From the NCBI GenBank assembly GCA_035546775.1, contig DASZWD010000072.1:121021-185020 (forward strand): a stretch of 64,000 nt of DNA, written 5' to 3'. Source of the stretch: Acidimicrobiales bacterium. GTDB taxonomy: Bacteria; Actinomycetota; Acidimicrobiia; Acidimicrobiales; JACCXE01. The notes beneath the pieces are model-generated. The model had not been told where the DNA came from. It ran no database searches and saw nothing but the letters and a program-made list of their open reading frames with translations. Below are positions 46,709-55,282 of the stretch, piece by piece. Within the stretch, counting starts at the first letter, position 1. Each line of letters starts with the position of its first letter. The position numbers and the translations under genes are program-made.

Positions 46709-47233
46709 GTGTCCGAGCCTGATCTCGCCGCGATCGTGGACCAGATCCAGCGGCGGGCGGAGGTGGCCGTCGACGCACGCGAGGCGGCCTCAGTGCGGCG
46801 AACCCTCGACGAACTTCCCCGCCTCACACGGCCCTTCGACGAGCACGCCGACCCCGTCCACATCACGGGCTCAGCGGTGATCGTGGGACCAAGGGGCGTC
46901 ATCCTGCACAAGCACCGCAAGCTCGGCATCTGGGTGCAGCCCGGCGGCCACGTCGACCCCGGTGAGACCCCAGGTGAGGCGGCGGCGCGCGAGGCGACGG
47001 AAGAAACCGGCCTGCCCGTCGAGTTGGCCGACGACACCGTCATCCACGTCGACGTGCACCCGGGTCCCAACGGCCACACCCACCTCGACCTGCGCTACCT
47101 CTGCACCGCGCCCGACCGCGACCCCGTTCCCCCGCCCGAGGAGAGCCAGGAAGTCCTCTGGCTCAGTTGGGACGACGCCATCGAACGCGCCGACGACGGC
47201 CTGCGCGGCTTGCTCCTGGTGCTTCGCCCCTAG
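46709..47233 (+). CDS. NUDIX hydrolase
   Basis: Nudix box GGHVDPGETPGEAAAREATEETG. GTG 46709; the upstream part of track ORF 45785.. is antisense to dnaE2. Confidence 0.8.
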   Translation: MSEPDLAAIVDQIQRRAEVAVDAREAASVRRTLDELPRLTRPFDEHADPVHITGSAVIVGPRGVILHKHRKLGIWVQPGGHVDPGETPGEAAAREATEETGLPVELADDTVIHVDVHPGPNGHTHLDLRYLCTAPDRDPVPPPEESQEVLWLSWDDAIERADDGLRGLLLVLRP

Positions 47234-47790
47234 ACCTGGCGGCCGAGGAACGCCGCCACCTGGTCGGCGGCGCAGGCACCCGCCGGCGCTTCCTGCTTCG
47301 GGCCGAACGGCATCCCTGAGCCCTCTGGGCCGCGGAACATGTCGGGAATCGACTGCTGGACCTGCGGCAGCAACTGCGCAGCCAGCTCGGGGTTGAGGTC
47401 GGTGGACTGACCGGTGGCCTTCGCCAGATCCCAGGCGTGGGTGAAGATGTCGGTCGTCGCCAAACCCATCAGTGCTCCGGCGGGCATCGGCCCGAACGGC
47501 AGCTGCGCCGTCTTCTCGAGTGCGCCGGGCGCCGTGAACAGCGCCAGCGTGCGCGCCGCCGCGTCGTCGAAGGCCGCCTGGTAGTCGCCGCCGGTCACGT
47601 CGCCGACGCCGGCGGCCTGCTCCCCCATACCGGCGGCAAAGAAGTCGGCGCCGTCGACGAGATGGTTCACGACGTCGCGCACCTTCCACGCCACACACGG
47701 CGACTGTTTGTCGAGGTCTTCCTTGCTCACGTTGGCCAGCACCCCACAGGCGGTGGCAATCGCTTGCTCGAGCGGTTCGGTTGCACTCAT
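47230..47790 (-). CDS. DinB-superfamily / TIGR03086-like (mycothiol maleylpyruvate isomerase N-terminal domain) protein
   Basis: ATG 47790 with AAGGAG upstream. LDKQSPCVAWKVRDVVNHLVDGADFF is the family pattern. It starts 23 nt downstream of the imuB stop on the same strand. Confidence 0.7.
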   Translation of the reverse strand: MSATEPLEQAIATACGVLANVSKEDLDKQSPCVAWKVRDVVNHLVDGADFFAAGMGEQAAGVGDVTGGDYQAAFDDAAARTLALFTAPGALEKTAQLPFGPMPAGALMGLATTDIFTHAWDLAKATGQSTDLNPELAAQLLPQVQQSIPDMFRGPEGSGMPFGPKQEAPAGACAADQVAAFLGRQV

Positions 47791-47813
47791 CGTCGGTTCT
47801 CCTTGTTGGATTG

Positions 47814-49391
47814 TCAGTAGCTTGCCTCTAACCACCAGCGGCCGCCTTCGATCAGGCACAAATGCGCCGCGCCGGATTCACAACGCACCTGGAGACGGGC
47901 TCGCCGGCGGCGCCCGTCCACATCCCACCAGCGTTCTTCGGCCGGCCACGGCCCGGCCCACCCGGTCACGCGGTCGACGCCGTGGGGCCCGACGATCGTC
48001 ATCGGCGGCGACGACAGTTCCCCCCGCCCGCTGACCCGCACCGCGGCGCCGCTCATGTCGAGCACGTCGAGGGCGACGGGTTCGGCGAGCACGACCGCCG
48101 GCGACGGCGACGGCAGCCGCCCGGGCCACGGCGCTTGGGCGCGCACGGCGTCGACGGCGCGGGCGTCGCCCCACGGGATCATGCGGACCTGCTCCGCCGG
48201 CCCGCGCCCTCCGACGAGGACGGCGGTGGTGGCGGCGTCGGGCCCGAGCAGGCCCTGCACGCGGGCCACGGCGCGGGCGACGCGCTCGCCCGCTTCGGTC
48301 GCGCCCCCCCACAGGCTCTGCACGCTCGCTTCGTGGTCGTCGACTTCGTCGGGGCGCAGACGCAGCAGCGTGATGCCCGCCGTCGGCTCGTTCTCTTCGG
48401 CCCGGGTGGCGACGTCGGTGAGCCAGCCCTCGGCCTGCCAGCGCACGCGTTCGGCGACGGCGCGGGCGTCGAGGGCGCCCTCGGAGCGCCAGCGCCGCTC
48501 GCGCCGCTCGCCGTGTTCGGTTTCCACTTCGATGACGAGGGCGGTGGCGACGAGGCCCCGCGCCGCCAGCCCGTCGGCCAACTCGGACGCGAGGCCGCGC
48601 GCCGCGAACGCCACGCGGTCGACGGTGTCGGCCGGCGGGTCGAAGGTGACCTCGACGGCCAACTCCGGTGGTGGCTCACGCGGCGTGAGGGCCCGCACTT
48701 CGAGTCCGCGGGCGCGGCGGTGCGCGGCGACGCCGGCGGCGCCGAAGCGGCCGAGCACGTCGGCCGCGTCGAGGCCGGCGAAGACACCGAGGGTGCGCAA
48801 ACCCAGGCGGCGGGCGACGTCGGCGATGGCCGCGTCGCCGATGGCCGCGATCGGCATGGGCGCCAAGAACTCCGCCGACTTGCCCGGCGGCACGACCAGC
48901 ACGCGCTCGGCCGCCGAGTACGCGGCGCGCGCCGCGAGCGACGCCGCGAAGTTGCCGTCGGCCACGCCGATCGCCGGGCCGCGTCCGGTCTCGACGCCCA
49001 GCCGCGTGCGCGCCGCGTCGACGACGACGTCGCGAATCTGGACGCTCAACGCCGCGTCGCCCCCGAAGTACCGCGACGGGCCCCGCGCCGCGAACGCCAG
49101 CACGCCGGGGCGTACCACTTCGACGCGGGGGCACAACTCCTCCACGGCCGCCACCACCGCTTCGAAAGCACGCGCGTCGGCGCCTTCGTCGACGGCCAAC
49201 ACGTCGGCCGCCGGACACCGTCCTTGCGCCTCGCGCCGGCGCATCCCGACGCGCACGCCGTCGGCATAGGCAGCGACCGACACGGCGAGCACCTTGTTGT
49301 TCGCCACCACGACGACGGGGTCGCGGGCGCGTCCGGCCACGACGACCGGCCAGTCGTCCCACCACACCACCACGGTGCGGGTCGGCGTCAC
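47814..49391 (-). CDS. imuB: ImuB (Y-family polymerase-like SOS mutasome subunit)
   Basis: VTPTRTVVVWWDDWPVVVAG... N-terminus and a Y-family palm-like region. GTG 49391 overlaps the imuA' stop (GTGA); the track start 49535 is too early. Confidence 0.85.
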   Translation of the reverse strand: MTPTRTVVVWWDDWPVVVAGRARDPVVVVANNKVLAVSVAAYADGVRVGMRRREAQGRCPAADVLAVDEGADARAFEAVVAAVEELCPRVEVVRPGVLAFAARGPSRYFGGDAALSVQIRDVVVDAARTRLGVETGRGPAIGVADGNFAASLAARAAYSAAERVLVVPPGKSAEFLAPMPIAAIGDAAIADVARRLGLRTLGVFAGLDAADVLGRFGAAGVAAHRRARGLEVRALTPREPPPELAVEVTFDPPADTVDRVAFAARGLASELADGLAARGLVATALVIEVETEHGERRERRWRSEGALDARAVAERVRWQAEGWLTDVATRAEENEPTAGITLLRLRPDEVDDHEASVQSLWGGATEAGERVARAVARVQGLLGPDAATTAVLVGGRGPAEQVRMIPWGDARAVDAVRAQAPWPGRLPSPSPAVVLAEPVALDVLDMSGAAVRVSGRGELSSPPMTIVGPHGVDRVTGWAGPWPAEERWWDVDGRRRRARLQVRCESGAAHLCLIEGGRWWLEASY

Positions 49392-50050
49392 AGGACGAGG
49401 TCCACCTGGCGGGGTCGCACCGCGCCGCGGCCGTCGAGGTCGACGGTGACGCGGCACGACCGCAGCGTGCCGTGCCCGTCGCCCAAGCCGTCCCACGCCA
49501 CCGCCGCGGTGACGAGGCGGGCGTCGCTGGGCCACGCGGCGACGCCGGGCCCGACGGCGACGATGGTGGTGCCGCGCTCGCGCGCCCGCCCGCTCAGGCG
49601 GCGCACTTCAGCGGGGCGCGGCCGGGCCGGGACCGACAGCACGACGACGTCGAAGGCGTCGACCGCGGCGATGGCGACGGTTCCCCAGAGGGTGACCGGG
49701 GCGTCGAAGAACACGAGGCGCTCGAGCGCCAGGCCGGCTTCGGCGGCAGCGAGGACCCCGAGACCGGGTACGCCGACGGCGGCCACCCAGCCCTCGGGCG
49801 GCACGACCCCGGCGGCCAGCGTGATGGCGTTGCGCATCGCCGCGCCATCGAGCGACGGCCGCCCGGCCCGCACCGCCACCGACGCCCCCGGCCGCAACCC
49901 GTGTGGGAACAGCGACGCCAGCGGCCCCCGCACCGGCCGCGCCCGCTGGCTGGCCAGGACGGAGGTGGCCTGGGCGCGTCCCGCGATCGCCCGCAGCCGG
50001 GCCCGCTCCTCCCCGTAAGCAATGGCAAGTTCTTCCTGCGCCTGTGCCAC
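49388..50050 (-). CDS. imuA: ImuA'-like SOS mutasome accessory protein
   Basis: 220 aa, Ala/Gly-rich. LASLFPHGLRPGASVAV resembles the mycobacterial ImuA' type. Its position directly upstream of imuB and the LexA box upstream support the call. Confidence 0.72.
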   Translation of the reverse strand: MAQAQEELAIAYGEERARLRAIAGRAQATSVLASQRARPVRGPLASLFPHGLRPGASVAVRAGRPSLDGAAMRNAITLAAGVVPPEGWVAAVGVPGLGVLAAAEAGLALERLVFFDAPVTLWGTVAIAAVDAFDVVVLSVPARPRPAEVRRLSGRARERGTTIVAVGPGVAAWPSDARLVTAAVAWDGLGDGHGTLRSCRVTVDLDGRGAVRPRQVDLVL

Positions 50051-50062
50051 CCGTCCACTGTA

Positions 50063-50078
50063 TCGAACAGGTGTTCGG
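50063..50078. promoter_or_regulatory. LexA (SOS) box upstream of imuA'-imuB
   Basis: TCGAACAGGTGTTCGG matches the consensus at 15/16 positions. On the minus strand it is followed directly by TACAGT (50062-50057), 6 nt, then GTG 50050. Confidence 0.75.
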
Positions 50079-50160
50079 TCTTGTCGAGGGGAGCCGGCGG
50101 GGTTGGGGTCCCCGCCGGGCCGTGAGCGGAGCCCTCGGGCGGAGCGAACCGAAAAGACAG

Positions 50161-50197
50161 CCGTAGGGAGGCTTTCCGAAGGAAAGACTCCCTACGG
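50161..50197 (-). terminator. intrinsic terminator of the glutamate dehydrogenase gene
   Basis: The minus-strand RNA is CCGUAGGGAGUCUUUCC-UUC-GGAAAGCCUCCCUACGG (17-nt arms, one mismatch), followed by CUGUCUUUUCGGUU. The stem includes the gdh stop codon. Confidence 0.7.
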
Positions 50198-51439
50198 GAA
50201 GAAGCCGCGGGCGGCGATGGCTTCGGCCACGCGCTCGAGGGCCAGGGCGAAGGCGGCGCGGCGCAGCGGGACGCCCAGGGCCTCGGCTTTGGACCACACC
50301 GCCCGGAAGGCGGTGTCCATGCTGTCGCGCAGGCGGGTGGCGAAGACCTCTTGGTCCCACATGAAGCCCTGGCGGCTCTGCGCCCACTCGAAGTAACTGC
50401 CGGTCACGCCGCCGGCGTTGGCGAGGATGTCGGGCACGACCTTGACGCCCTTGGCCTCGAACACCGGGTCGGCGTCGGGCATCGTCGGGCCGTTGGCCGC
50501 CTCGATCACGAGCGACGCCGTCATCGACTCGGCCACCGATGCGTCGATCACGCCGCCGAGCGCCGCGGGCACGCACAGGTCCGTCGGCACGGTGAACACG
50601 TCGAGCAGCGGGATCTGATCGGCGATCGGGAAGCCCACGACGGAGCCATGCTCCTTGACGTGGTCGCCCAGCGCGGCGATGTCGAGGCCGCCGGGGTTGT
50701 AGACAGCGCCGCCCACGTCGGCCACCGCAACCACGCGCATACCGGCGGACTGCAACAGGAACGCCAGCGGACCGCCGACCTTGCCGAAACCCTGAATGGC
50801 GGCGCGCCGGCCGACGATGTCGACGCCCATCTCCTCGAACGCGGCGCGCGTGCACACCAGCACCCCGCTCGACGTGGCGCCGGCGTGGCCCCGTGTCCCG
50901 CCGACCGACAGCGGCTTGCCCGTCACCGCCGCCGGCACGGCGTGGCGGCCCTGGATCATCTCGAGGGTGTCCATCAACCACGCCATGACGCGGCCGTCGG
51001 TGTTGACGTCGGGCGCGGGCACGTCGAGGTCGGGGCCGATCACCGGCGCGATCTCCACGGTGTAGCGCCGCGTCACGCGCTCGAGTTCGCTGAGCGACAG
51101 CTTCGTCGGGTCACAGCGCACGCCGCCCTTGGCGCCGCCGAAGGGCAGGGCCGAGATGGCGGTCTTGAACGTCATGTCCGCCGCGAGCGCCTTGACTTCG
51201 TCGACGTCGACGTCGGGATGAAACCGTATGCCGCCCTTGGCTGGACCGCGGGCGGTCGAGTGCTGCACCCGCCAGCCGGTGAAGACCTCGAGGTGGCCGT
51301 CGTCCATGCGGACGGGGATCGCGACTTCGAGGATGCGCTGGGGCACCCGCAGGGCGGCGTGAATGTCGGGATCGACGCCGATCAGCTCTGCCGCATCGTC
51401 GAGACGTGCGAGCAGCGCCTCCCACGCCGCGCTGGCCAC
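50192..51439 (-). CDS. gdh: Glu/Leu/Phe/Val dehydrogenase family (glutamate dehydrogenase)
   Basis: 415 aa with GPAKGGIRFHP and PFGGAKGG motifs and a Rossmann GFGKVG. Confidence 0.9.
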   Translation of the reverse strand: MASAAWEALLARLDDAAELIGVDPDIHAALRVPQRILEVAIPVRMDDGHLEVFTGWRVQHSTARGPAKGGIRFHPDVDVDEVKALAADMTFKTAISALPFGGAKGGVRCDPTKLSLSELERVTRRYTVEIAPVIGPDLDVPAPDVNTDGRVMAWLMDTLEMIQGRHAVPAAVTGKPLSVGGTRGHAGATSSGVLVCTRAAFEEMGVDIVGRRAAIQGFGKVGGPLAFLLQSAGMRVVAVADVGGAVYNPGGLDIAALGDHVKEHGSVVGFPIADQIPLLDVFTVPTDLCVPAALGGVIDASVAESMTASLVIEAANGPTMPDADPVFEAKGVKVVPDILANAGGVTGSYFEWAQSRQGFMWDQEVFATRLRDSMDTAFRAVWSKAEALGVPLRRAAFALALERVAEAIAARGFFP

Positions 51440-51790
51440 CTAGGCGCCTGCGGCCTCGCCGATCATCTCGCCGTTCTCGTCCACGAGGATCGACGGAGTG
51501 ACGCCTTCGCGGTAGTGGATGAACAGATTGGTGATGAGCTGCGCCAAGCCGTCGGTGTTGGCGCCCGGTTCGAGCGTCACGGTGATCTCGTTGCCGTAGA
51601 TGTGGACGTGCTTCACGCCGCCGCGTTCGAACAGCATCTTGGCGAGGCGATCCGGCGGTCGATCGAAGATCACGTCGGCGAGCGACGAGTACCGCTCGTG
51701 CGCCATACCGGTGAGGCCGCGGTCGGCCTCGAAGCGGACGACGCCGGGCTTCGACGTCTTCTTCTCGGTCACATTGATGGCGAGGCCCAT
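51440..51790 (-). CDS. NifU N-terminal (Nfu_N) domain-containing protein
   Basis: MGLAINVTEKKTSKPGVVRFEADRGLTG...GGVKHVHIYGNEITVTLEPG resembles the Nfu_N scaffold domain. ATG 51790 is preferred to TTG 51802. The stop abuts the gdh GTG. Confidence 0.6.
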   Translation of the reverse strand: MGLAINVTEKKTSKPGVVRFEADRGLTGMAHERYSSLADVIFDRPPDRLAKMLFERGGVKHVHIYGNEITVTLEPGANTDGLAQLITNLFIHYREGVTPSILVDENGEMIGEAAGA

Positions 51791-51828
51791 AGCGAGGTTC
51801 AAGCTACATCGCCCGTCCGCCCAAACCG

Positions 51829-52929
51829 GTGTCCGTGTCCTTTAGCGTGGCGGCGGTGAACGTCTCGAACGCCACCGTCGCCCGGATCACCCTCATCGCC
51901 TGCGTGGTGGTGGGCGCGGTAGTCGGCTCGGTCTACGCGCTGCACCGGCTGTCACACATCATCACGCTGCTGGTGGTAGCGCTGTTCATCGCCATCGTGC
52001 TGGCGCCCTCGGTCGACGTGCTGGTGCGCCGCGCTCGCTTTCCCCGCGGCCTCGCCGTGCTCGCCGTGTTCCTCGCCGGTCTGCTGGCCTTCGCCGGCTT
52101 GACCTTCGCTTTCGTGCGCCCGATCGTGAAGCAGTCGCGGCAATTCGTTGACGACCTGCCCACCTTCGTGGCCGACGCCAAGGCCGGTCGCGGCCGCGTC
52201 GGGGAACTGGTGAAGAAGTACAAGCTCGACGACTTCGTCGAGAAGAACCAGGACAAGCTCAAGGAGGCGCGCAAAGAGCTGGGCAAGCGCGCCGTGCCGC
52301 TGGCGAGCACCGTGGCGAGCAGCGTGGCGGCCACCGTCACCACGCTGGTGCTCGCCGTGTTGATGCTGATGTCGGGACCCGACATTCAAGCCGGGATGCT
52401 CGACCTCATCGACGACGGCATATTGCGCGAGCGCATACGCCGCCTCGCCCACGACGCCAGCCTGGCGATGACGCGCTACATGGCGGGCAACCTCATCATC
52501 TCGGTCATCGCCGGCGCCGCCACCTACGTGGCTCTGCTCGTCACCGGCACGCCGTTCAAGGAAGTGCTGGCGTTGTGGGTGGCCTTCGCCGACCTGATCC
52601 CCCTTGTAGGCGCCACCCTCGGCGCGGTGCCGACGATCCTCGTCGCGTTCCTGCACTCGACGGTGGCCGGCATCGCCGTGCTGGTGTTCTTCATCCTGTA
52701 CCAGCAGTTCGAGAACCACGTGCTCCAGGTGACGATCATGGCGCGCAGCGTTCGGCTCAACCCGCTGGCCGTGCTGGTGAGCGTGCTGGTCGGCGTCGAG
52801 ATCTTCGGCATTCTCGGCGCGCTGCTCGCCATCCCGGTCGCCGGCGTGATCCAGGTCATCGTGGTGGACCTGATCAACGAGCACCGCCGCAAGCGTTTGG
52901 CCGCGGTTACCGTCGCACCTCGTGACTGA
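51829..52929 (+). CDS. AI-2E family transporter (PerM/YhhT-like permease)
   Basis: 366 aa with about 8 TM segments and the family pattern ...LIPLVGATLGAVP...YQQFENHVLQ...; the start is uncertain because several in-frame GTG codons are present. Confidence 0.82.
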   Translation: MSVSFSVAAVNVSNATVARITLIACVVVGAVVGSVYALHRLSHIITLLVVALFIAIVLAPSVDVLVRRARFPRGLAVLAVFLAGLLAFAGLTFAFVRPIVKQSRQFVDDLPTFVADAKAGRGRVGELVKKYKLDDFVEKNQDKLKEARKELGKRAVPLASTVASSVAATVTTLVLAVLMLMSGPDIQAGMLDLIDDGILRERIRRLAHDASLAMTRYMAGNLIISVIAGAATYVALLVTGTPFKEVLALWVAFADLIPLVGATLGAVPTILVAFLHSTVAGIAVLVFFILYQQFENHVLQVTIMARSVRLNPLAVLVSVLVGVEIFGILGALLAIPVAGVIQVIVVDLINEHRRKRLAAVTVAPRD

Positions 52930-53965
52930 GTTCTGGACGACGGGCATCGCCCACCCGCAGGTGGCGGCGCGTCAAGCCGAACGCGCCGAAGCCGCCGGGT
53001 TCGACGGCCTGGTTGTCGTCGACTCGCAGAACCTGTCGGGCGACCCCTACGTCGCGCTGACGCTGGCCGCCGCGGCGACGAGCAACCTCAAGCTGGGCAC
53101 TGGGGTCACCAACACCTCGACGCGCCATCCGGCGGCGACCGCCGCCGGCATCCTGTCGGTGCACGTCGCGTCGGGCGGCCGCGCCGCGCTCGGTATCGGC
53201 CGGGGCGACTCCGCCCTCGCCCACCTCGGCTTCGCGCCCGCGCCCGTCGCCGAACTGGCGGCCTACGTGCGCGTGGTGCGCGCCTACTTGCGCGGCGAGG
53301 CGGTGCCCTTCGACGCGCTGGCGCGCTTCGGCCACGCCGGCACCAAGGAACTCGACTCGCTCGGCCTCGCCGACGCGCCCGACGACAGCCGCCTCCACTG
53401 GCTGCCCGCCGGCCTCGCCCCGGTCCCGGTCGAGGTGGCCGCGACCGGGCCGAAGGTGCTCGCCGCGGCGCGTCGCGCCGACCGCGTCCTGGTCGCCGTC
53501 GGCGCCGATCCCGAACGGGTGGCGTGGGCCCGCGATCTCGCCGCTGCACCCGCCACGGGCGCGTTCGTCAACCTGGTCGCCCACGCCGATCGCGACGTCG
53601 CCCGCGACCTGATGCGCGGCGGCCTGTCGACCTTCGCCCGCTTCAACACGATGCACGGCGAGACCAACGGGCCGCTACACGAAGACGACCGCGTCTTGCT
53701 CAAGTCGCTGCACGAGTCCTACGACATGACCCGGCACACGCAGACCGGCTCGGCGCAGGCGAACCTGCTCACCGCGGACTTCGTCGACCGCTTCGGTATT
53801 GCCGGGCCCGCCGACTACTGCGTCGCGCGCCTGCGGGCCTTGGTCGAGCTCGGCGTCGACAAGTTCGTCATCGTCGGCCCGTCGCTGGGCAGCGATCCCG
53901 ACGCCGCCCGCGTCGCCCAGGCGACGCTGGCCAACGAGGTGCTGCCGGCGCTGCGCGGCACATGA
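52922..53965 (+). CDS. LLM-class F420/flavin-dependent oxidoreductase
   Basis: 347 aa. AEAAGFDGLVVVDSQNLSGDPYVALTLAAAATSNLKLGTGVTN...LGIGRGDSA is the luciferase-like pattern. Confidence 0.8.
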   Translation: MTEFWTTGIAHPQVAARQAERAEAAGFDGLVVVDSQNLSGDPYVALTLAAAATSNLKLGTGVTNTSTRHPAATAAGILSVHVASGGRAALGIGRGDSALAHLGFAPAPVAELAAYVRVVRAYLRGEAVPFDALARFGHAGTKELDSLGLADAPDDSRLHWLPAGLAPVPVEVAATGPKVLAAARRADRVLVAVGADPERVAWARDLAAAPATGAFVNLVAHADRDVARDLMRGGLSTFARFNTMHGETNGPLHEDDRVLLKSLHESYDMTRHTQTGSAQANLLTADFVDRFGIAGPADYCVARLRALVELGVDKFVIVGPSLGSDPDAARVAQATLANEVLPALRGT

Positions 53966-54660
53966 GGTACGACACGTGGGACTACCACTCCCGCGCTTCG
54001 CTGAAGCATCGTTACCTCACGGTGGCCACTCCCAAGGTTGGCTGCACCACGATCAAGCGCACGTTGCACGCCCTCGAGGGTTTGCCGCCGGCCGATCCGT
54101 GGTGGGCCGTGCACGACGAGGGCGAGGAGTTGCGGCTCGAGCATTACTCCGCCGCCGAGCAGCAACAGCTGCTGACGTCGCGCGACATCACGCGCTTCGC
54201 GTTCGTGCGCAATCCCTACGACCGCCTGTTGTCGGCGTGGAAGTCGAAGATCCTGCGCCACGACTCGTCGTACGTGCCGTTGGCGGCCGAGATCCGCGCT
54301 GCATGCGGCTATCCCGACGACACCGTCGTCGCGTTCGGCGACTTCGTTCGATACGTCACCACCCACGAACATCCCGACGCGCACTGGGAGCGGCAAGTCG
54401 TCATCCTCGCCTGCGACCGCATCGCCTATGACGTCGTCGGCCGCTTCGAGAACTTCGCCGCCGACTTCCGCACGATCCTGCTGCGCCTCGGCGTTACCGA
54501 AGACGTCCTGGCCCTGGCCGGCGAGGTGACCAATCCCACGCCCGACTTTCCACTCGCCGTCGCGTACGACACGGAACTGGCGAACGTCGTGTACGACTAT
54601 TACCGCGAAGACTTCGAGCGGTTCGGGTACGACGCCGACAGTTGGTTCACGCCGCGCTGA
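53962..54660 (+). CDS. sulfotransferase family 2-like protein (PAPS-dependent)
   Basis: ATG 53962 overlaps the upstream stop (ATGA). 5'-PSB-like TPKVGCTTIKRTL and 3'-PB-like FVRNPYDRLLSAW motifs. The track start 53524 is spurious. Confidence 0.7.
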   Translation: MRYDTWDYHSRASLKHRYLTVATPKVGCTTIKRTLHALEGLPPADPWWAVHDEGEELRLEHYSAAEQQQLLTSRDITRFAFVRNPYDRLLSAWKSKILRHDSSYVPLAAEIRAACGYPDDTVVAFGDFVRYVTTHEHPDAHWERQVVILACDRIAYDVVGRFENFAADFRTILLRLGVTEDVLALAGEVTNPTPDFPLAVAYDTELANVVYDYYREDFERFGYDADSWFTPR

Positions 54661-55282
54661 TCGCGTCGAGCACCGCGGCCCACACCTCCGAGCCGGTGTT
54701 GATCACATCGAAGTGGTCACCGCGCGGTTCGACGATCTCGACGTCGTCGCCGGCGGCGCGCGCCACCTCCGCGTAGCTACGCGACAGCTCGCGTCCCGCG
54801 GGAAAGTCCTGCGCCGGGCTGATCAACACGGTGCGCGCCCCGATCGGCACGCGCGCCGCCGGATCCGCGGCCGCGATCTGCTTGCCGGCGAACGCGTCGA
54901 TGGCGCGGTCGCCGTAACCAAGGGCGTGGGCGCGTGCCAGGTCGTTGACGCCCGCCACGCTGATGACGACGCCGGGCCGCGGGTCGAGTTCCCTCGCCGC
55001 CCACAGCGCCAGCTGGCCACCGGCGGAATGACCGACGACGGCGGTCAGCGGACCGAGCGTGCGCAGCGCGTCGACGACATCGGTGCACGTGTTGGGAAAC
55101 CCACCGCCGCGTTCGCCGACGCGGCGGTAGCCGACGTTGCCGGCGACGTAGCCGCGGCTGGCGAGATCACGGCAGTGGTCGGCGAGGCCCTCGCGTCCGT
55201 ACATCGCCTGCCAGAACCCGCCGTGGACGAGCGCCACCGCGCCGATGGGGTCGCCGGCCGGCCGGTAGACGTCGACGGTCAA
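54647..55282 (-). CDS. alpha/beta hydrolase (HGGxW / GxSxG esterase-formamidase type)
   Basis: ALVHGGFWQ and VVGHSAGGQLALWAA. The only start compatible with the P450 stop is TTG 55282 (TTGA overlap). The upstream part of track ORF ..55993 overlaps the P450 gene in another frame. Confidence 0.65.
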   Translation of the reverse strand: MTVDVYRPAGDPIGAVALVHGGFWQAMYGREGLADHCRDLASRGYVAGNVGYRRVGERGGGFPNTCTDVVDALRTLGPLTAVVGHSAGGQLALWAARELDPRPGVVISVAGVNDLARAHALGYGDRAIDAFAGKQIAAADPAARVPIGARTVLISPAQDFPAGRELSRSYAEVARAAGDDVEIVEPRGDHFDVINTGSEVWAAVLDAISAA

